Part shown: piece after piece, positions 26,412-39,560 of the stretch
Layout: each line of letters opens with the position of its first letter
Position numbering within the stretch: position 1 is the stretch's first letter
Translations under genes and position numbers: made by a program
Notes under the pieces: model-generated
Told to the model about the DNA's origin: nothing
The model's database searches: none
The model's input: only the letters and a program-made list of their open reading frames with translations
Origin: Octopus vulgaris
Taxonomy: Eukaryota
DNA: 64,000 bases
Direction of reading: 5' to 3'
NCBI GenBank assembly: GCA_951406725.2
Contig: OX597818.1
Coordinates: 37,076,001 to 37,140,000, forward strand

Positions 26412-26708
26412 GGCAGATTAATAAACGTACTGTAGTATTTCTTTAGTTTTTTTTTTTTTTTTTTTTTCTTGTTTGGTCATAAGAAGAAATTACTAATTTA
26501 AAGTGAATACCATGGCACTGACTATTTTTCGGCACGCTTTCACTGTAATAGAATGTCTGATGGAGATCTTTTCGGAACGATAAATAGTTTGTGGATTTAG
26601 CTTTTGAAGACCACCCGCTTCGTCGTTTTTATATAATTCCCCGGAAACAAAGGAGAACTCCACGTACTTCGCTGTAATATGTTCTATTCGTCAGTGTTAC
26701 TTACTTAC

Positions 26709-26857
26709 CTGTAATCTGTGACACTTATGCTCACATCGATGGTCTTGATGTTGTATCGCATCTATGTAGTTTTGTTGTAGAAGATAATTTTCAGGTGTGT
26801 AATATGATATCGACATTGATAGGTTTTCATTGTAGTAAGATCCTAAGTTGAGAGCAT
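26709..26857 (-). CDS. Candidate internal coding exon (149 nt), unknown protein
   Basis: Boundaries ttcttatag|ATGCT...TTACAG|gtaagt. The only open frame is ALNLGSYYNENLSMSISYYTPENYLLQQNYIDAIQHQDHRCEHKCHRLQ. Several differences from the inverted copy are synonymous. Confidence 0.45.
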
Positions 26858-26990
26858 CTATAAGAATGGATTTGTAAACAGAACAATAATAATTCCAGAC
26901 ATCAAACAGGAAAGTGTAGCGTTCTTATTCATTGTATATAGATTTAAACCATTTGGTAACAGTTATGGTATTATTTCTATTATACCATGA

Positions 26991-27385
26991 AGGCGGCGAG
27001 CTGGCAGAAACGTTAGCACGCGTCTGGCCACTACGTTCTCAGTTCAAATTCCGCCGAGGTCGACTTTGCCTTTCATCCTTTCGGGGTCGATTAAATAAGT
27101 AGCAGTTACTCACTGGGGTCGATATAATCGACTTAATCCGTTTGTCGGTCCTTGTTTGTCCTCTCTGTGTTTAGCCCCTTGTGGGTAGTAAAGAAATAGG
27201 TATTTCGTCTGCCGCTACGTACTGAGTTCAAATTCCGCCGAGGTCGACTTTGCCTTTCATCCATACGGGGTCGATTAAATAAGTAGCAGTTACTCACTGG
27301 GGTCGATATAATCGTCTTAATCCGTTTGTCTGTCCTTGTTTGTCCCCTCTATGTTTGGCCCCTTGTGGGTAGTAAAAGAAATAGG
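26991..27385 (+). mobile_element. Family B SINE with internal tandem duplication and 24-bp TSD
   Basis: GGTATTATTTCTATTATACCATGA on both sides; the other arm of the inverted repeat has the empty site. Confidence 0.9.
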
Positions 27386-27984
27386 TATTATTTCTATTAT
27401 ACCATGATCACACTTTGTCTATGTATGTGTTTCTACATTCAATTACAGAACGAAATATAAACTATATAAAAATTTATTTAGATATTTAACACAAAGTACC
27501 TAAGCATTCGAAGTATTGCTCGATAAAATAAAATTTCAATTATTTAACATTTAAGGAGAAGAAAAGTCATTAAAGAATATAAAAGTTTAAATTAGTAATA
27601 TCACCCGTTGTAAAGTTATAAATAATTAGTAATATCACAGCTGTAAGCCAATAGAATGTGATTATATGACGTCTGTTCTTTTGTCATCTGTTTATTAATT
27701 AATATTACACTATGCACTTCTGGTTTATGTGGGAATCGAGAGGTGTGGACGTCAATGAATTCGCGCTATCTCGCCGCCGGAGCTTAGATATATCATGCAT
27801 TATAAGTTATTATATGAGTTCTAACAACTGGTTATGAATCTTGCTAGTGCTAAGCAGAAATATACATATTGTATTAGTGCGTATAATGTATATATAAGCG
27901 TATATACACATATATATATATATATATATTCATTTACATATATATACATACATGTGTGTGTGTCTGTGTGTATGTTAGTGTGTG

Positions 27985-28101
27985 TGGTGGGGTTTCAGTC
28001 CCACTGCATGGCACCTTGGGCAAGTGTCTTCTACACTATAACCTCCGGCCGACCAAAGCCTTGTGGGTGGATTTGGCAGACGGAAACTGAAAGAAGACCG
28101 C

Positions 28102-28141
<40 letters not shown>

Positions 28142-28380
28142 TGTGTTTGTCCCCCCGCCATCGCTCGATAACCGGTGCGTGTGTGTCTGTGTTTGTCCCC
28201 CCACCATCGCTCGATAACCGGTGTGTATATGTCCCCGTTACTTAGCGGTTGGGCAAAAGAGACCCATAGACGAAGTATTAGATTTATAAATATAAGTCCT
28301 GGGGTCGATTTGTTCGACTACAACCCTTCAAGGTGGTGCTCCAGCATGGCCGCAGTCAAATGATTGAAACAAGTAAAAGG
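27985..28380 (+). mobile_element. Family A SINE (5'-decayed, small internal duplication)
   Basis: Homology to 13190-13604. Confidence 0.85.
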
Positions 28381-28738
28381 AAAAAATAGGAAAAAAATGC
28401 ATATGCATATATCGAGATGACAGTGTATTCTTGGATGTTTACAACAGATGTGAACATCCAAGGGTGAAACTCAGGAGTAGATAGTCCGCTCAAACCGATG
28501 TAGTGAGTTGTATGTCAGATAATGTTTTACAGTACATAAACTTTTATATAGTATATAATTCGTGCTGTAATTGAATGTAGAAGCATATACATAGACAAAG
28601 TAGGATCATGGTATGATAGAAATAATACCATAACTGCTACCAAATGGTTTAAATCTATATACAATGAATAAGAACGCTACATTTTCCTGTTTGATGTCTG
28701 GAATTATTATTGTTCTGTTTACAAATCCATTCTTATAG

Positions 28739-28886
28739 ATGCTCTCAACTTAGGCTCTTACTACAATGAAACTTATCAACGTCGATATCATATTACACGC
28801 CTGAAAATTATCTTCTGCAACAAAACTACATAGATGCGATACAACATCAAGACCGCCGATGTGAGCATAGGTGTCACAGATTACAG
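28739..28886 (+). pseudogene. Inverted copy of the candidate exon with a 1-nt deletion
   Basis: Same AG and GTAAGT boundaries, 148 nt; GAAAC versus GAAAAC. Confidence 0.4.
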
Positions 28887-29174
28887 GTAAGTAAGTAACA
28901 CTGACGGATAGAACATATTACAGCGAAGTACGTGGAGTTCTCCTTTGTTTCCAGAGAATTATGTAAAAACTGCGAAGCGGATGGTCTTAGAAAGCTAAAT
29001 CCACAAACTATTTATCGTTCCGAAAAGATTTCCATCGGACTTTCTATTACAGTGAAACCGTGCCGAAAGGTAGTCAGTGCCATGGTATTCACTTTAAATT
29101 AGTAATTTCTTCTTCTGACCATACAAGAAAAAACCCTAAAGAAACACTACAGTTTTCTGTTAATCCGCTATATA

Positions 29175-30212
29175 TAGGCGCAGGAGTGGCTATAGGCGCA
29201 GGAGTGGCTGTGTGGTAAGTAGCTTGCTAACCAACCACATGGTTCCGGGTTCAGTCCCACTGCGTGGCATCTTGGGCAAGTGTCTTCTGCTATAGCCCCG
29301 GGCCGACCAATGCCTTGTGAGTGGAAACTGAAAGAAGCCTATCGTATATATGTATATATATATATATATATGTGTGTGTTTGTGTGTCTGTGTTTGTCCC
29401 CCTAGCATCGCTTGACAACAGATGCTGGTGTGTTTACGTTCCCGTCACTTAGCGGTTCGGCAAAAAAGAGACCGATAGAATAAGTACTGGGCTTACAAAG
29501 AATAAGTCCCGAGTTGCTCGATTAAAGGCGGTGCTCCAGCATGGCCGCAGTCAAATGACTGAAAGAAGTAAAAAGAGAAAAGAGAAAGATATATATATAT
29601 ATATATAAAAACTTGATTAATGTTTTTTTTGATAAGTGAAGGCATGGCTGAGTGGTAAGATGTTTGCTTCCCCATAATATGGCTCCAGGTTCAGTCCCAC
29701 AGCATGCAGACTTGAGTAGGTGTCTTCTTCTATAGCCTCGAGATGACCAAAGTCTTTTGAGTGGATTTGGTAGACGGACACCGAAAGAAGCCGGTCGCAT
29801 ATAGGCGTAGGAGTGGCTGTGTGGTAAGTAGCTTGCTTACCAACCACATGGTTCCGGGTTCAGTGGTACCTTGGGCAAGTGTCTTCTACTATACCCTCGG
29901 GCCGACCAAAGCCTTGTGAGTGGATTTAGTAGACGGAAACTGAAAAAAATCCCGTCGTATATATGTATATATATATATGTGTATGTATGTATGTGTTTGT
30001 ATATGTTTGTGTGTCTGTGTTTGTCCCCCACCAAACATCGCTTGACAACCGACGCGAGTGTGTTTACGTCCCCGTAACTTAGTGGTTCGGCAAAAGAGAC
30101 CGATAGAATAAGTACTAGGCTTACAAAGAATAAGTCCTGGGGTCGATTTGCTCGACTAAAGGCGGTGCTCCAGCATGGCCACAGTCAAATGACTGAAACA
30201 AGTAAAAGAGTA
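29175..30212 (+). mobile_element. Cluster of family A SINEs (29175-29580, 29640-29797 partial, 29803-30212)
   Basis: Repeated family A heads and tails; an 18-nt duplication of the 5' end at 29173-29208. Confidence 0.88.
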
Positions 30213-30231
30213 TACCTTACAACATTTTCAT

Positions 30232-30275
<44 letters not shown>

Positions 30276-30524
30276 GCGTGCGCACGCGTGTATGTATGAA
30301 TGTATATTTGATGTTGGCGTGGAAAGAATAAATATACCTTTGCTGTTCGTTCCTTACCAGATTAATGAATTAGGTATTCGATAAAACATTGGGATTAATT
30401 TAATCTATAAATAACAATAATCCTTCTAAGGTGTTTCAAGTACTAAAATTGAAAAAGGAAAAATTGTTTTGCAATCAAGGTTTTACATGTTTTTAGGATA
30501 AGCAATTAGACAGCTTCTTACCTC

Positions 30525-31075
30525 AGCAGGCGTGGCTACGTAGTAAGATGTTTGTTTCCCTACGACATGGTTCCAGGTTCAGTCCCCCTGCGTGATACCG
30601 TTGACGAGTGTCTTCTGCTACAGATCCAGTCTTACCAAAGTCTTGCGAGTGGATTTGGTAGGCGGAAAGTAGCAGAAATAAGGCGGTGAGCTGGCAGAAA
30701 CGTTAGCACCCCGGGCGAAATGCGTAGCCGTATTTCATTTGCCGTTACGTTCTCAGTTCAAATTCCGCCGAGGTCAAATTTGCCTTTCATCCTTTCGAGG
30801 TCGATTAAATAAGTACCAGTTACGCACTGGGGTCGATATAATCGACTTAATCCGTTTATCTGTCCTTGTTTTCCTCTCTGTGTTTAGCCCCTTGTGGGTA
30901 GTAAAGAAATAGGTATTTTGCCCGTAGCTACGTTCTGAGTTCAAATTCTGCCGAGGTCGATTTTGCCGGTCATCTTTTCGGGGTCGATAAAATAAGTACC
31001 TGTTGAACACTGGGTTCGATATAACCTATTCATTCCCATCTCCCACAAGCTGCCCTTGTGGCAAAAATTTGAAAT
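30525..31075 (+). mobile_element. Partial family A SINE followed by a family B SINE with duplicated body
   Basis: Homology to families A and B; followed by (ATT)n at 31085-31185. Confidence 0.8.
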
Positions 31076-31085
31076 AATAATAATA

Positions 31086-31117
<32 letters not shown>

Positions 31118-31118
31118 G

Positions 31119-31186
<68 letters not shown>

Positions 31187-31569
31187 TAATCGGCGCTTAC
31201 ATATATTTTTTCTAACAAACTAATGAAAATATTCTTCACATGTACTTGTTTGGCAAACTGATATGATCTCTGATGGTGTTTAACTGATAAAAATTACAAC
31301 GGAATCATTTGAAATTAATAAAGACAGCTGAGTATAATTTTGAACAAATTCTAAACTAAACGACAGAATCTGATAACACAACAATCGTACTTTGCAACTA
31401 GACTCGTTAAGAATAAACTGAAAGAAAAATACTTCCTCCAGTAATTTTTGAAAGAAACTATGTATCAAAATTACTGTCAACTTTATCACCAACATAAAGA
31501 TATTTCTTTTAAAGGTAAACTCTATATACTTAATTACTGTCATTTATATATCCATTTAACAACAACAAC

Positions 31570-31624
<55 letters not shown>

Positions 31625-32139
31625 CTAATAATGCCGGAAATTATGCAATAAATTCAATGATAAATAAACCTCGTAACTTTCTAGACAGTTGTCTAAGATA
31701 TATTTTATATTTTACTTAGAAGTTGCCTCTGAAGCACATTTCTGTTATGTCGGTTGATCCCGATAAGTTCTACATTTTCAAACTATATTGCTCCCTCAAG
31801 TGGTCTGGAGTCGTGCTGATGTCACCAGAGAATGTCCAGGTTCCACTGGCTCATATTATAGAACCTGCTTCCCCTCAGCATTCATGCACTTACCATGCCA
31901 AACCGAGTACAGATGTAAACCACTATAAGCAGTCAGAAACTCCTTTGCATTATTCCTTGCTGAGTATATGCATGATAAAGTGTTTGTGAATCACTGTCTC
32001 TGTTGTCTTTTCTAAGTTCAATGCCACGTAGTGAATTGTGGGCCTAGCAACAAACCCACAATACAAGAAGCATAATGCGCTCTCATTTTCGCGCCTCACA
32101 CCATTCAATAAATCCTACATGTGTGTGTTTGTGTGCAGC

Positions 32140-32495
32140 GTGAAATGAAGTGTTTTGCTCAAGAACACAACGCACCGCCAGTCTTGGAATGGAAACCGCG
32201 ATCCTAGGATCATGAGTGCAACACCCTAGCCACTAAGCTATGAGACTTCATATGCAAATTATAGTAGTAAATAAATAATGATTTCAAATTTTGGTACAAG
32301 GCCAGCAATTTCAGATGAGGGAGAATAGTTGATTACATCGATCCCAGTGTTTAACTGATACTTATTCTATCGACCCCGAAAGGATGAAAAGCAAAGTCGA
32401 CCTCGGCAAAATTTTGAACTTAGAACATAAAGACGGACGAAATGCCGCTAAGCATTTTGCTCGGCGTGCTAACGATTCTGACAGGTCACCGCTTT
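32140..32495 (-). mobile_element. Family C fragment and family B SINE, minus strand
   Basis: CGACCCCGAAAGGATGAAAAGCAAAGTCGACCTCGGC is the reverse complement of the family B core. Confidence 0.8.
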
Positions 32496-32563
32496 ATAGT
32501 TGTAAGTAAATGATAATCCATAACTGAATGAAAAAATTAATAACAAAGTTTTAATTTATGTTG

Positions 32564-33075
32564 TGGAGGCGCGTGGCTTAGTGGTTAGGGTGTTGAACTC
32601 ATGATCGTAAGGCTGTGGTTTCGATTCCTGGACTGGGCGATTCGTTGTGTTCTTGAGCAAAACACTTCATTTCACGTTGCTCCAGTCCTCTTAGCTGACA
32701 AAAATAAGTAATCCTGCGATGGACCGGCGTCCCAACAGGTGGGGAAATTCTACACCACTGAAACCGGGAAACCGGCCCTTATGAGACTGGCATGGCTCGA
32801 GAAGGAACATTTATTTAGTGGAGGCACGTGGCTTAGTGGTTAGGGTGTCAGCATCATGGTCGTAAGATTGTGGTTTCGATTCCTGGACCGGGCGACGCGT
32901 TGTGTTCTTGAGCAAAGCACTTCATTTCACGTTTGCTCCAGTCCACTCAGCTGGCAGAAATGAGTAACGCTGCGATGGACTGGCGTCCCGTCCAGCTGGG
33001 GAACACATAAGCCATTGAAACCAGGAAACCGGGCCTATGAACCTGGCTAGGCTTAAAAAGGGCGCGTTTTTATTA
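32564..33075 (+). mobile_element. Head-to-tail dimer of family C SINEs within one TSD
   Basis: Two TGGAGGC(G/A)CGTGGCTTAGTGGTTAGGG heads (32564, 32819); TTTAATTTATGTTG flanks the pair. Confidence 0.85.
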
Positions 33076-33429
33076 TTTAATTTATGTTGACTAAACCATG
33101 CAGAGCGCGTTTAGTAACTTTAGTCACTACTTCAGTCGGTTCCAGTTTACTGTGCTTGGTATGGGTCTCTGTTTTGGATTACAGACCCCTAGCAAAAAAA
33201 CCTTTGAAGTACTTGATTATGTCTGATGAGGAATAGGTATGTCACAGGAGCAGAAGATGAGCTCTTTATCGTTAGTTGGCAACTACAATGAAATAATGTC
33301 TCAAGAAAAACATTGGTCAATGGTGAACCTCATAGCACACATGTGACGTAGTAACGTTGTGATGTAATGACCTCGTGACACAGTAACGCACGTCTTTGTT
33401 TCCGTTATTTTTGGAAAAAAGAGACTTCA

Positions 33430-33586
33430 GACATGGCTTTGTAGTTAAGTAGCTTACCTTGCAACCACGTGGTTCTGCGTTCAGTTCCACTGCGTGGCAC
33501 CATGGACAAATATCTTCTACTGTAGCCCAGGGTTGGCCAATGCCTTGTGAGAGAATTTGGTAGGTAACGGAAACTGTGGAAGCCTG

Positions 33587-33664
<78 letters not shown>

Positions 33665-34812
33665 TGTGTGTGAGTGTGGTGTTTGTGGTGTGTACGTCTT
33701 TGCGTCTGCGTTTGTCACACGACCACCTTACCGCTTGACAAACGATATTCGTTTGTTCACGTCCCCGCAAATTAGCAGTTCGGCAAAAGAGGCTAATAGA
33801 ATAAGTACCAGACTTAATATTAAAAAAAACAACAAAAGTATAAGTATTGGGGTCGATTTGTTCGACTAAAACCCTTCAAGTGGGTGCTCCAGCATGACTG
33901 CATTCCAATGACTGATACAAGTAAAATAGGAAAAAAAAAAAAAAAAGAAAACGATTCATAATTAATTGCACCTGAATTCAAATGCTTCAGAGAACTATAC
34001 TGTAATGTTGGATCGTGAGCTCTGGAAAAAATGCTGTGGGGTTTGTCTCGACTGAGATCGCTAAATGAATGAAGGATAAATACAGCGACGATATTTATCA
34101 GTGCTGTACTTATCTGAAACTATGTTTTATAACAGACGCCGAGAAGTATGAATATGATATAAACGTGTTTTTAATGTGTAGATAAAGTTTATCAAATGCA
34201 GCAGATTGTTCATACTTCAAAGTGAAAGTATCATATCAGCAGAAAGTATTGAGAGGACCGTTAGATAATATAAATAATGGATTAACCAAATTCCAAAGCT
34301 TGAATTTAATGGCAAATGTTTTTTTAAAAATGTATTCAATATTATATATTGAAATCTACGAGACTTAAAGATTGATTGTTGATTTAGAAATATTCAAGAA
34401 TATGGTTTTTAAATACGTGTAAATGTGTCTATGCGGTAAGAAGCTTGCTTCCAAACCATATGTTTCAGGGTTCAGTCCCACTGTGTGACACCTTGGAGAA
34501 GTGTGTTTTATTATAGCCATGGACCAACCAAAAGCCTTGCAAGTGGATTTGGTAGACAGAAACTGAAAGAAGCCCGTAACACATGTGTGTGTGTGTGTGT
34601 GTGTGTGTGCGTATGCGTACCTTTGTGTTTGCCCCAAGCACCGCTTGATAACGGGTATTGGTGTGTTTACACCCCTGTACATTAGCGGTTTGGCAAAAGA
34701 GACCGATAACATTAGTAACAGGCTTTAAAAATGCTGGTGTCCATTTGTTCGACTAAACCCTTCAAAGCTGTGCCCCAGCATGGCCGTAGCTTAATGACTG
34801 AAACAAGATAAA
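33430..34812 (+). mobile_element. Two older family A SINEs (33430-33925, 34415-34812)
   Basis: Homology to family A, with internal (TG)n. Confidence 0.8.
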
Positions 34813-35371
34813 GATATAATAAAGTAGGTACACAATGCATCTATATTTGTTGTATACTTAAACATATATGCATTTCTGACTGATTTTCTCGCTTATTTGT
34901 CAAATTTTTCAATACAGAAAAATCCGGTCTCCACCTCAGAAGCAAAGCTTTTTAAGTGGGACCGAACTTGGAGTCATGTGGTTGGGAAGCATACTTCTTA
35001 CCACATAGCTACGCCTACTTCTGAAGTGTTTTACTTTTTCAGTTCCAATACAAGCGATGAATAGGCGGAGTGATTAGGGCGTTGGATACACTGCCTCGTA
35101 GTCTCTGTTCAGATCGCTGCACTGCGAGTTCAATAAGGTCACTTAACTTTTCATCATTTCTGGATCGATAAAAATTACTAATAGAAAGCGATGCATTGAC
35201 GGAACTGTGTGAGCACCAGACAAGATGTTATGCATTTTCTGTTCCGGCTTTTTTGCGTCAGAACAACATGGGCAGGTGGAGAAAGGATACTTATATGCAT
35301 GGACCACTGCTCGTCTTCCCAAGAAAAAAATTCTTGCTCAGGTCCGCGTATACAGATACAAATACATGGTG

Positions 35372-35680
35372 TGGAGGCACATGGCCTAGTGGTTACAGCA
35401 GCGGACTCGCGATCGAGGGATCGTGAGTTCGAATCTCAGACCGGGCGATGTGTGTGTTTATGAGCGAAACACCTAGGCTCCATGCGGCTCCGGCAGAAGG
35501 TAATGGCGAAACTTCTGCTGACTCTTTTGCCACAACTTTCTCTCACTCTTTCCTCCTGCATCTTGCAGCTCAACTGCGACGGACCGACGTCCCGTCCAAG
35601 TGGGGAACCTATACGCCAAGGAAACCAGGAAACCGGCCCTTATGAGCCAGGCGTGGCTCGAGAAGGAACAAACAACAAAT
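35372..35680 (+). mobile_element. tRNA-Arg-like SINE, family C
   Basis: TGGCCTAGTGGTTACAGCAGCGGACTCGCGATCG...GAGTTCGAATCTC; close paralogue at 46053-46350. Confidence 0.88.
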
Positions 35681-35849
35681 AATGGTAATTCCTGGCGGAC
35701 AGTACGCCTAGAACACCTAGTTGCGATATTTTTTCATTATCAATGTCATTTCTGGTTGAGGCAGATAGTTACAAGTACTCCATTAAACATAGGAATAAAT
35801 CTAAAAGTTATAGTTAGAATGTAGTAGCTACGGACCTTTCATTAGTTTA

Positions 35850-37250
35850 GTATACATGTTCCCTTTTTCTTTTTCCGCTAAATATCGGACAACTGACTTA
35901 CACTGCATAGCACACTTTCATTTCTCTGTCCGAGATCATTATATCAGGTTTTCTGTTGTGACTACATTTTAAAGCCATCTTGACAGGTATATTCCACCAG
36001 TAATCTCTCATATTATTGGTATGCTCACCACATTGCTGTAACTTCTATTTTAGAATTATTCTAATGAAGATCTTCAGTTTATCCTTTCTAGGCATTGCAT
36101 TATATGGTACTTTGGCAATTACAATTTTCCTCGAAGGTAGATTGTGGTGATGGCAATTTTGTGATGACAATTTTGGACAAATGCTTAAGATGCGGGTTAT
36201 ATCTTCAATGTTAATTTCGCAGACCAAGCATTGGTGGTCACATCCAGACGATTTACCTGCATCAGTGTCACTTTCGTTCATCGGGTATTTTGTTGGTATT
36301 GAATCATAATGAGGGGGGATCACAAAAGATAACTCTTCAAAATGGCAGCGAATATAATGGCTGTCCGTGTAAGACAGAGTACTTTGTTATCTGTAATACT
36401 GTCACTCTCAACATTAATGACAACGTAACCATGACTTTCTGCTTATCAGCAGAAAGTCTTTCATCTGATGTTCTATAGCAGTAGACCTATGCAGCATCAC
36501 TGCAATTGTATATCTAGTTTTACTCCGGGAATACTTTCTGAGAAGCTTCTTCTCAACTCTCGTGATGTTATTTGCCTCATGTGTGCAAACTTGATCAATT
36601 AATGCACTTCGATACTTGGTGGTTAGTAGATGTTCTCTAAGGGATGCAGCATTCAAATTCTGTTTGGATTGATGTTAAGCTTGTGCATCTTTCCTTTCGT
36701 TTTAGTTGGAGGCAGTCAATATCGCTATTGATGTGGAAATTTCTGGTGATGGTTAGTAGCTTTCAGGTTTTAAACATCAATGATGCAGTTTCACTCTGGC
36801 GTCCTGTCGAGTAACCCAAATGTTGATATTAGTTCTAGTACAACAAATATATTGTATGTAGGTCACTGATTTATTGCCTGCAGAGAGCTTAAATGAACAT
36901 ATTTTTTTTCAGCTGGTTGTAATATTCCCTGGTTACGAGTTTCTTGTTATATGTGCTTTCATGCGATATATTTTTGCCCATCCTTAAGTATCTCTAGCAT
37001 TCTTCGTCAGGTGCCAAGGATTAAGCCAGGCTATAGATAGTGATGTTGCTAGAGTGACTTGTAGATTGTCCTCGTTTTACAATCAGAACCACTTTTTAGA
37101 ATGTCAAAAACAAATTCTAGAGCTTCTCATATTCATAGTGATCGTCCACAAAGAGGTTATGTGTCAAGTTGATGTCTCTGTCTTTCCGTAACTCATTCAT
37201 ACACCCTTCAAATTTCGACAACAAAAAAGATAAGGGATTCACTGCTCGCA
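35850..37250 (-). mobile_element. Decayed R4/Dong-type LINE (RT C-terminus, CCHC knuckle, RLE endonuclease)
   Basis: CLVCEINIEDITRILSICPKLSS...IAK..YWWNIPVK...HNRKPDIMISDREMKVC...VSCP, the PD-type restriction-like endonuclease layout. Confidence 0.75.
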
Positions 37251-37289
37251 TTTATGCATATATGTATGCATGAATTAATGCATGTAGGC

Positions 37290-37324
<35 letters not shown>

Positions 37325-37361
37325 CATGCTAGCATGGAAAACGGACGCTAAACGATGATGA

Positions 37362-37399
<38 letters not shown>

Positions 37400-38249
37400 G
37401 ATGAGCTTCTTTCAGTTTCCGTCTACCAAATCCATTCACAAGGCTTTGGTCGGCCCGAGGCTATAATACAAGACACTTGACCAGGGTGCCACGCAGTAGG
37501 ACTGAAGCCGACACCATGTGGTTGGTAAGCAAGCTAGTATCTTTTTTCCCCCTACTTAGACTTTAGTTTGGCCTGCTACCTGCTCGGAGGCAAGGTAGAA
37601 AAAAGAAGCTGTTTTCTTTAAAAAGCGAATCTGGAGTCTTTTTCTCGTTATCCTTAATGCAACCATTCACCTTTTGAATTTGAGGAAAGTTTTGCAGAGT
37701 TTTTTTATTGTGCCACATAGTATGACAGCTCCGACAATAATGGGTAGAAAGCTGAAAATATACTTTGGGTAATGACTTTGTAGACTCCTTACCAAGTAAA
37801 AGATCCATAGATATTTTCTTTATCCAGTATGTTTTCTTACCACATTGATATCGACTAGACAATATAATAGAGCATGTTTTATATATTACGGTTCCAAATA
37901 ATATAACTTCGGTTGTGTTTTAATTTGGTTGCTGTTTTTATACTTAGTTACCACCAATATCGAGTATGTTTTTATGTATTGCGGTTCCAAATATAAAGGT
38001 TTGGTTACGTTTGGATTTGTTTGCTGTTATTCTTAGGTTCCATCAATATTCATTTGATGCCTGAGTTTCAGTATGATCATCTTTGTTGTCGCTTTTTTTC
38101 CCTTCTTCATCTATTACAGATTGTTCTGGCTATTTACATCATGCCAAACAAAAGTAGTAACTAGAGGTACACTCTCTTACAGGTGACATATCAGCCATAT
38201 CAGGTTAATATCATTGATTTGGTCTCATATCAGCCAATGGGTTAATACG

Positions 38250-38600
38250 AAAACAGAAAGCAGCAGCTAATCGGTCAATACTTTCTTTTGTGCATTAGGT
38301 ACTTGGTGAGGACTTCTTGCACCTGAATTACATAGCAGTAACCTTCTAGGATTGATCTTATAAACCTATCAGTACATCATGCCAGACTTCTGATTCTTCT
38401 ATGCTGTTTGTTTTTCGTTTCAAGTACCCATGTACAACCTTGTTGATGAACTGCTTTCAATCGTTTTTTTTCTCTCGCAGTGTCAAGTACGATTTATCAA
38501 TATCTTTGGAAAGTGATACACATCCACTTTTGTTTCATATCCCTTCAAGTTCTTTAACCTATCCTCAGTGTATATGCATTTTGGCGTCCGCAATCTTGAG
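38250..38600 (-). mobile_element. R4/Dong-type LINE fragment
   Basis: ILEGYCYVIQVQEVLTKYL resembles the R4-type EGxxxAxQEQxLxT motif. Confidence 0.45.
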
Positions 38601-38835
38601 CGAGATATTTATATATGTATATATACACACACGAGGAGCTTCTTTCAGTTTCCGTCTACCAAATCCACTCACAAGGCTTTGGTCGGTCCGAGGTTATAGT
38701 ACAAGACACTTGACCAGGGTGCCACGCAGTGAGACTGAAGCCGGCACCATGTGGTTGTTAGCAAGCTAATATCTTTTTTTGCCCCGACTTAGACTTTAGT
38801 TTGGCCTGCCACCTGCTCGGAGGCAAGGTAGAAAA

Positions 38836-39530
38836 GAGTGCCATTAGAAACACTACTTCGGCGTTAGGATCCGTCTCGTAGTTCTTTGACCTTCCACTCA
38901 CATGTGGAATTCACATGCAACATAGAAATGCACTTCCTCCGTGAAAAGACATCTCAAACGTTCTTCAACGAACAACCTCGTCTTTTTCTCAACGTCTCGA
39001 AGACACAGGTGCGTATCATAGCAGTGGAAATGTCATGCATCTCAAAGCCTCGAATCATGAAAATCACAAAACCTTCGAAGTTTCTGGACTTCGCAATCTC
39101 TAATGATCTCTCGTTCTAACCTCATTTCTATAATCTTGTCAAACTGCATCACAATGACTCGGATTCCTCCTCAATAGTTGACAATACTTCCGTTCCACTT
39201 GCTGACTTTCAGTAATAATTTCAATGATATCTACGTTGGAAAAACTGGGAAGGTATTGCTGCTTCACGCAAAAACATCCTACTCCACATCAAAAACGCCA
39301 TCCGACTGATTAGCAGAAAGTTTCCCACAAATTTCGCCACAAAAATGTGCAATTTCTTTTTCAGATTTACACATCGTTACTGATACTACCTTTGCTCCTC
39401 TGATCTTGATCGTTGCATCAGCCCTTCGTTCAATCAAACACTCACGTCTCGCCTTCCATCGTATGCTTGCTGTGTCTTATTTTCTAGACCCCTTCTATAA
39501 TCCATTTATCGTTGTCTAAAACTTCCTATT
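38836..39530 (+). mobile_element. Decayed L2/CR1/Jockey-type LINE RT C-terminal fragment
   Basis: FLDFAISNDLSF*PH is like LGxxIxxDLSWxxHI; many stops. Similar decayed sequence at about 55380-56200. Confidence 0.45.
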
Positions 39531-39560
39531 CAAAAAAGCATCTTTTTAGAATTCTCTCAC

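Larger units (their letters stand above)
26410..29170. repeat. Long inverted duplication (about 630 bp arms: 26410-27470 less a SINE insert, and 28540-29170)
   Basis: The arms align as reverse complements along their whole length, e.g. GTGAATACCATGGCACTGACTA and TAGTCAGTGCCATGGTATTCAC. Confidence 0.92.

Noticed and set aside
26555-26582. CTGATGG..GGAACG hammerhead-like word in the long inverted repeat
   Set aside because: The core deviates at several positions in both arms and there is no stem I or III.
28739-28910. Apparent A-to-G excess between inverted arms as a trace of edited RNA
   Set aside because: Too few sites, and partly explained by CpG decay in the other arm.
33222-33250. CTGATGA hammerhead core half
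   Set aside because: No stem II or GAAA follows.
35372-35445. Possible tRNA-Arg gene
   Set aside because: Continues into a multi-copy SINE body and the cloverleaf is imperfect.
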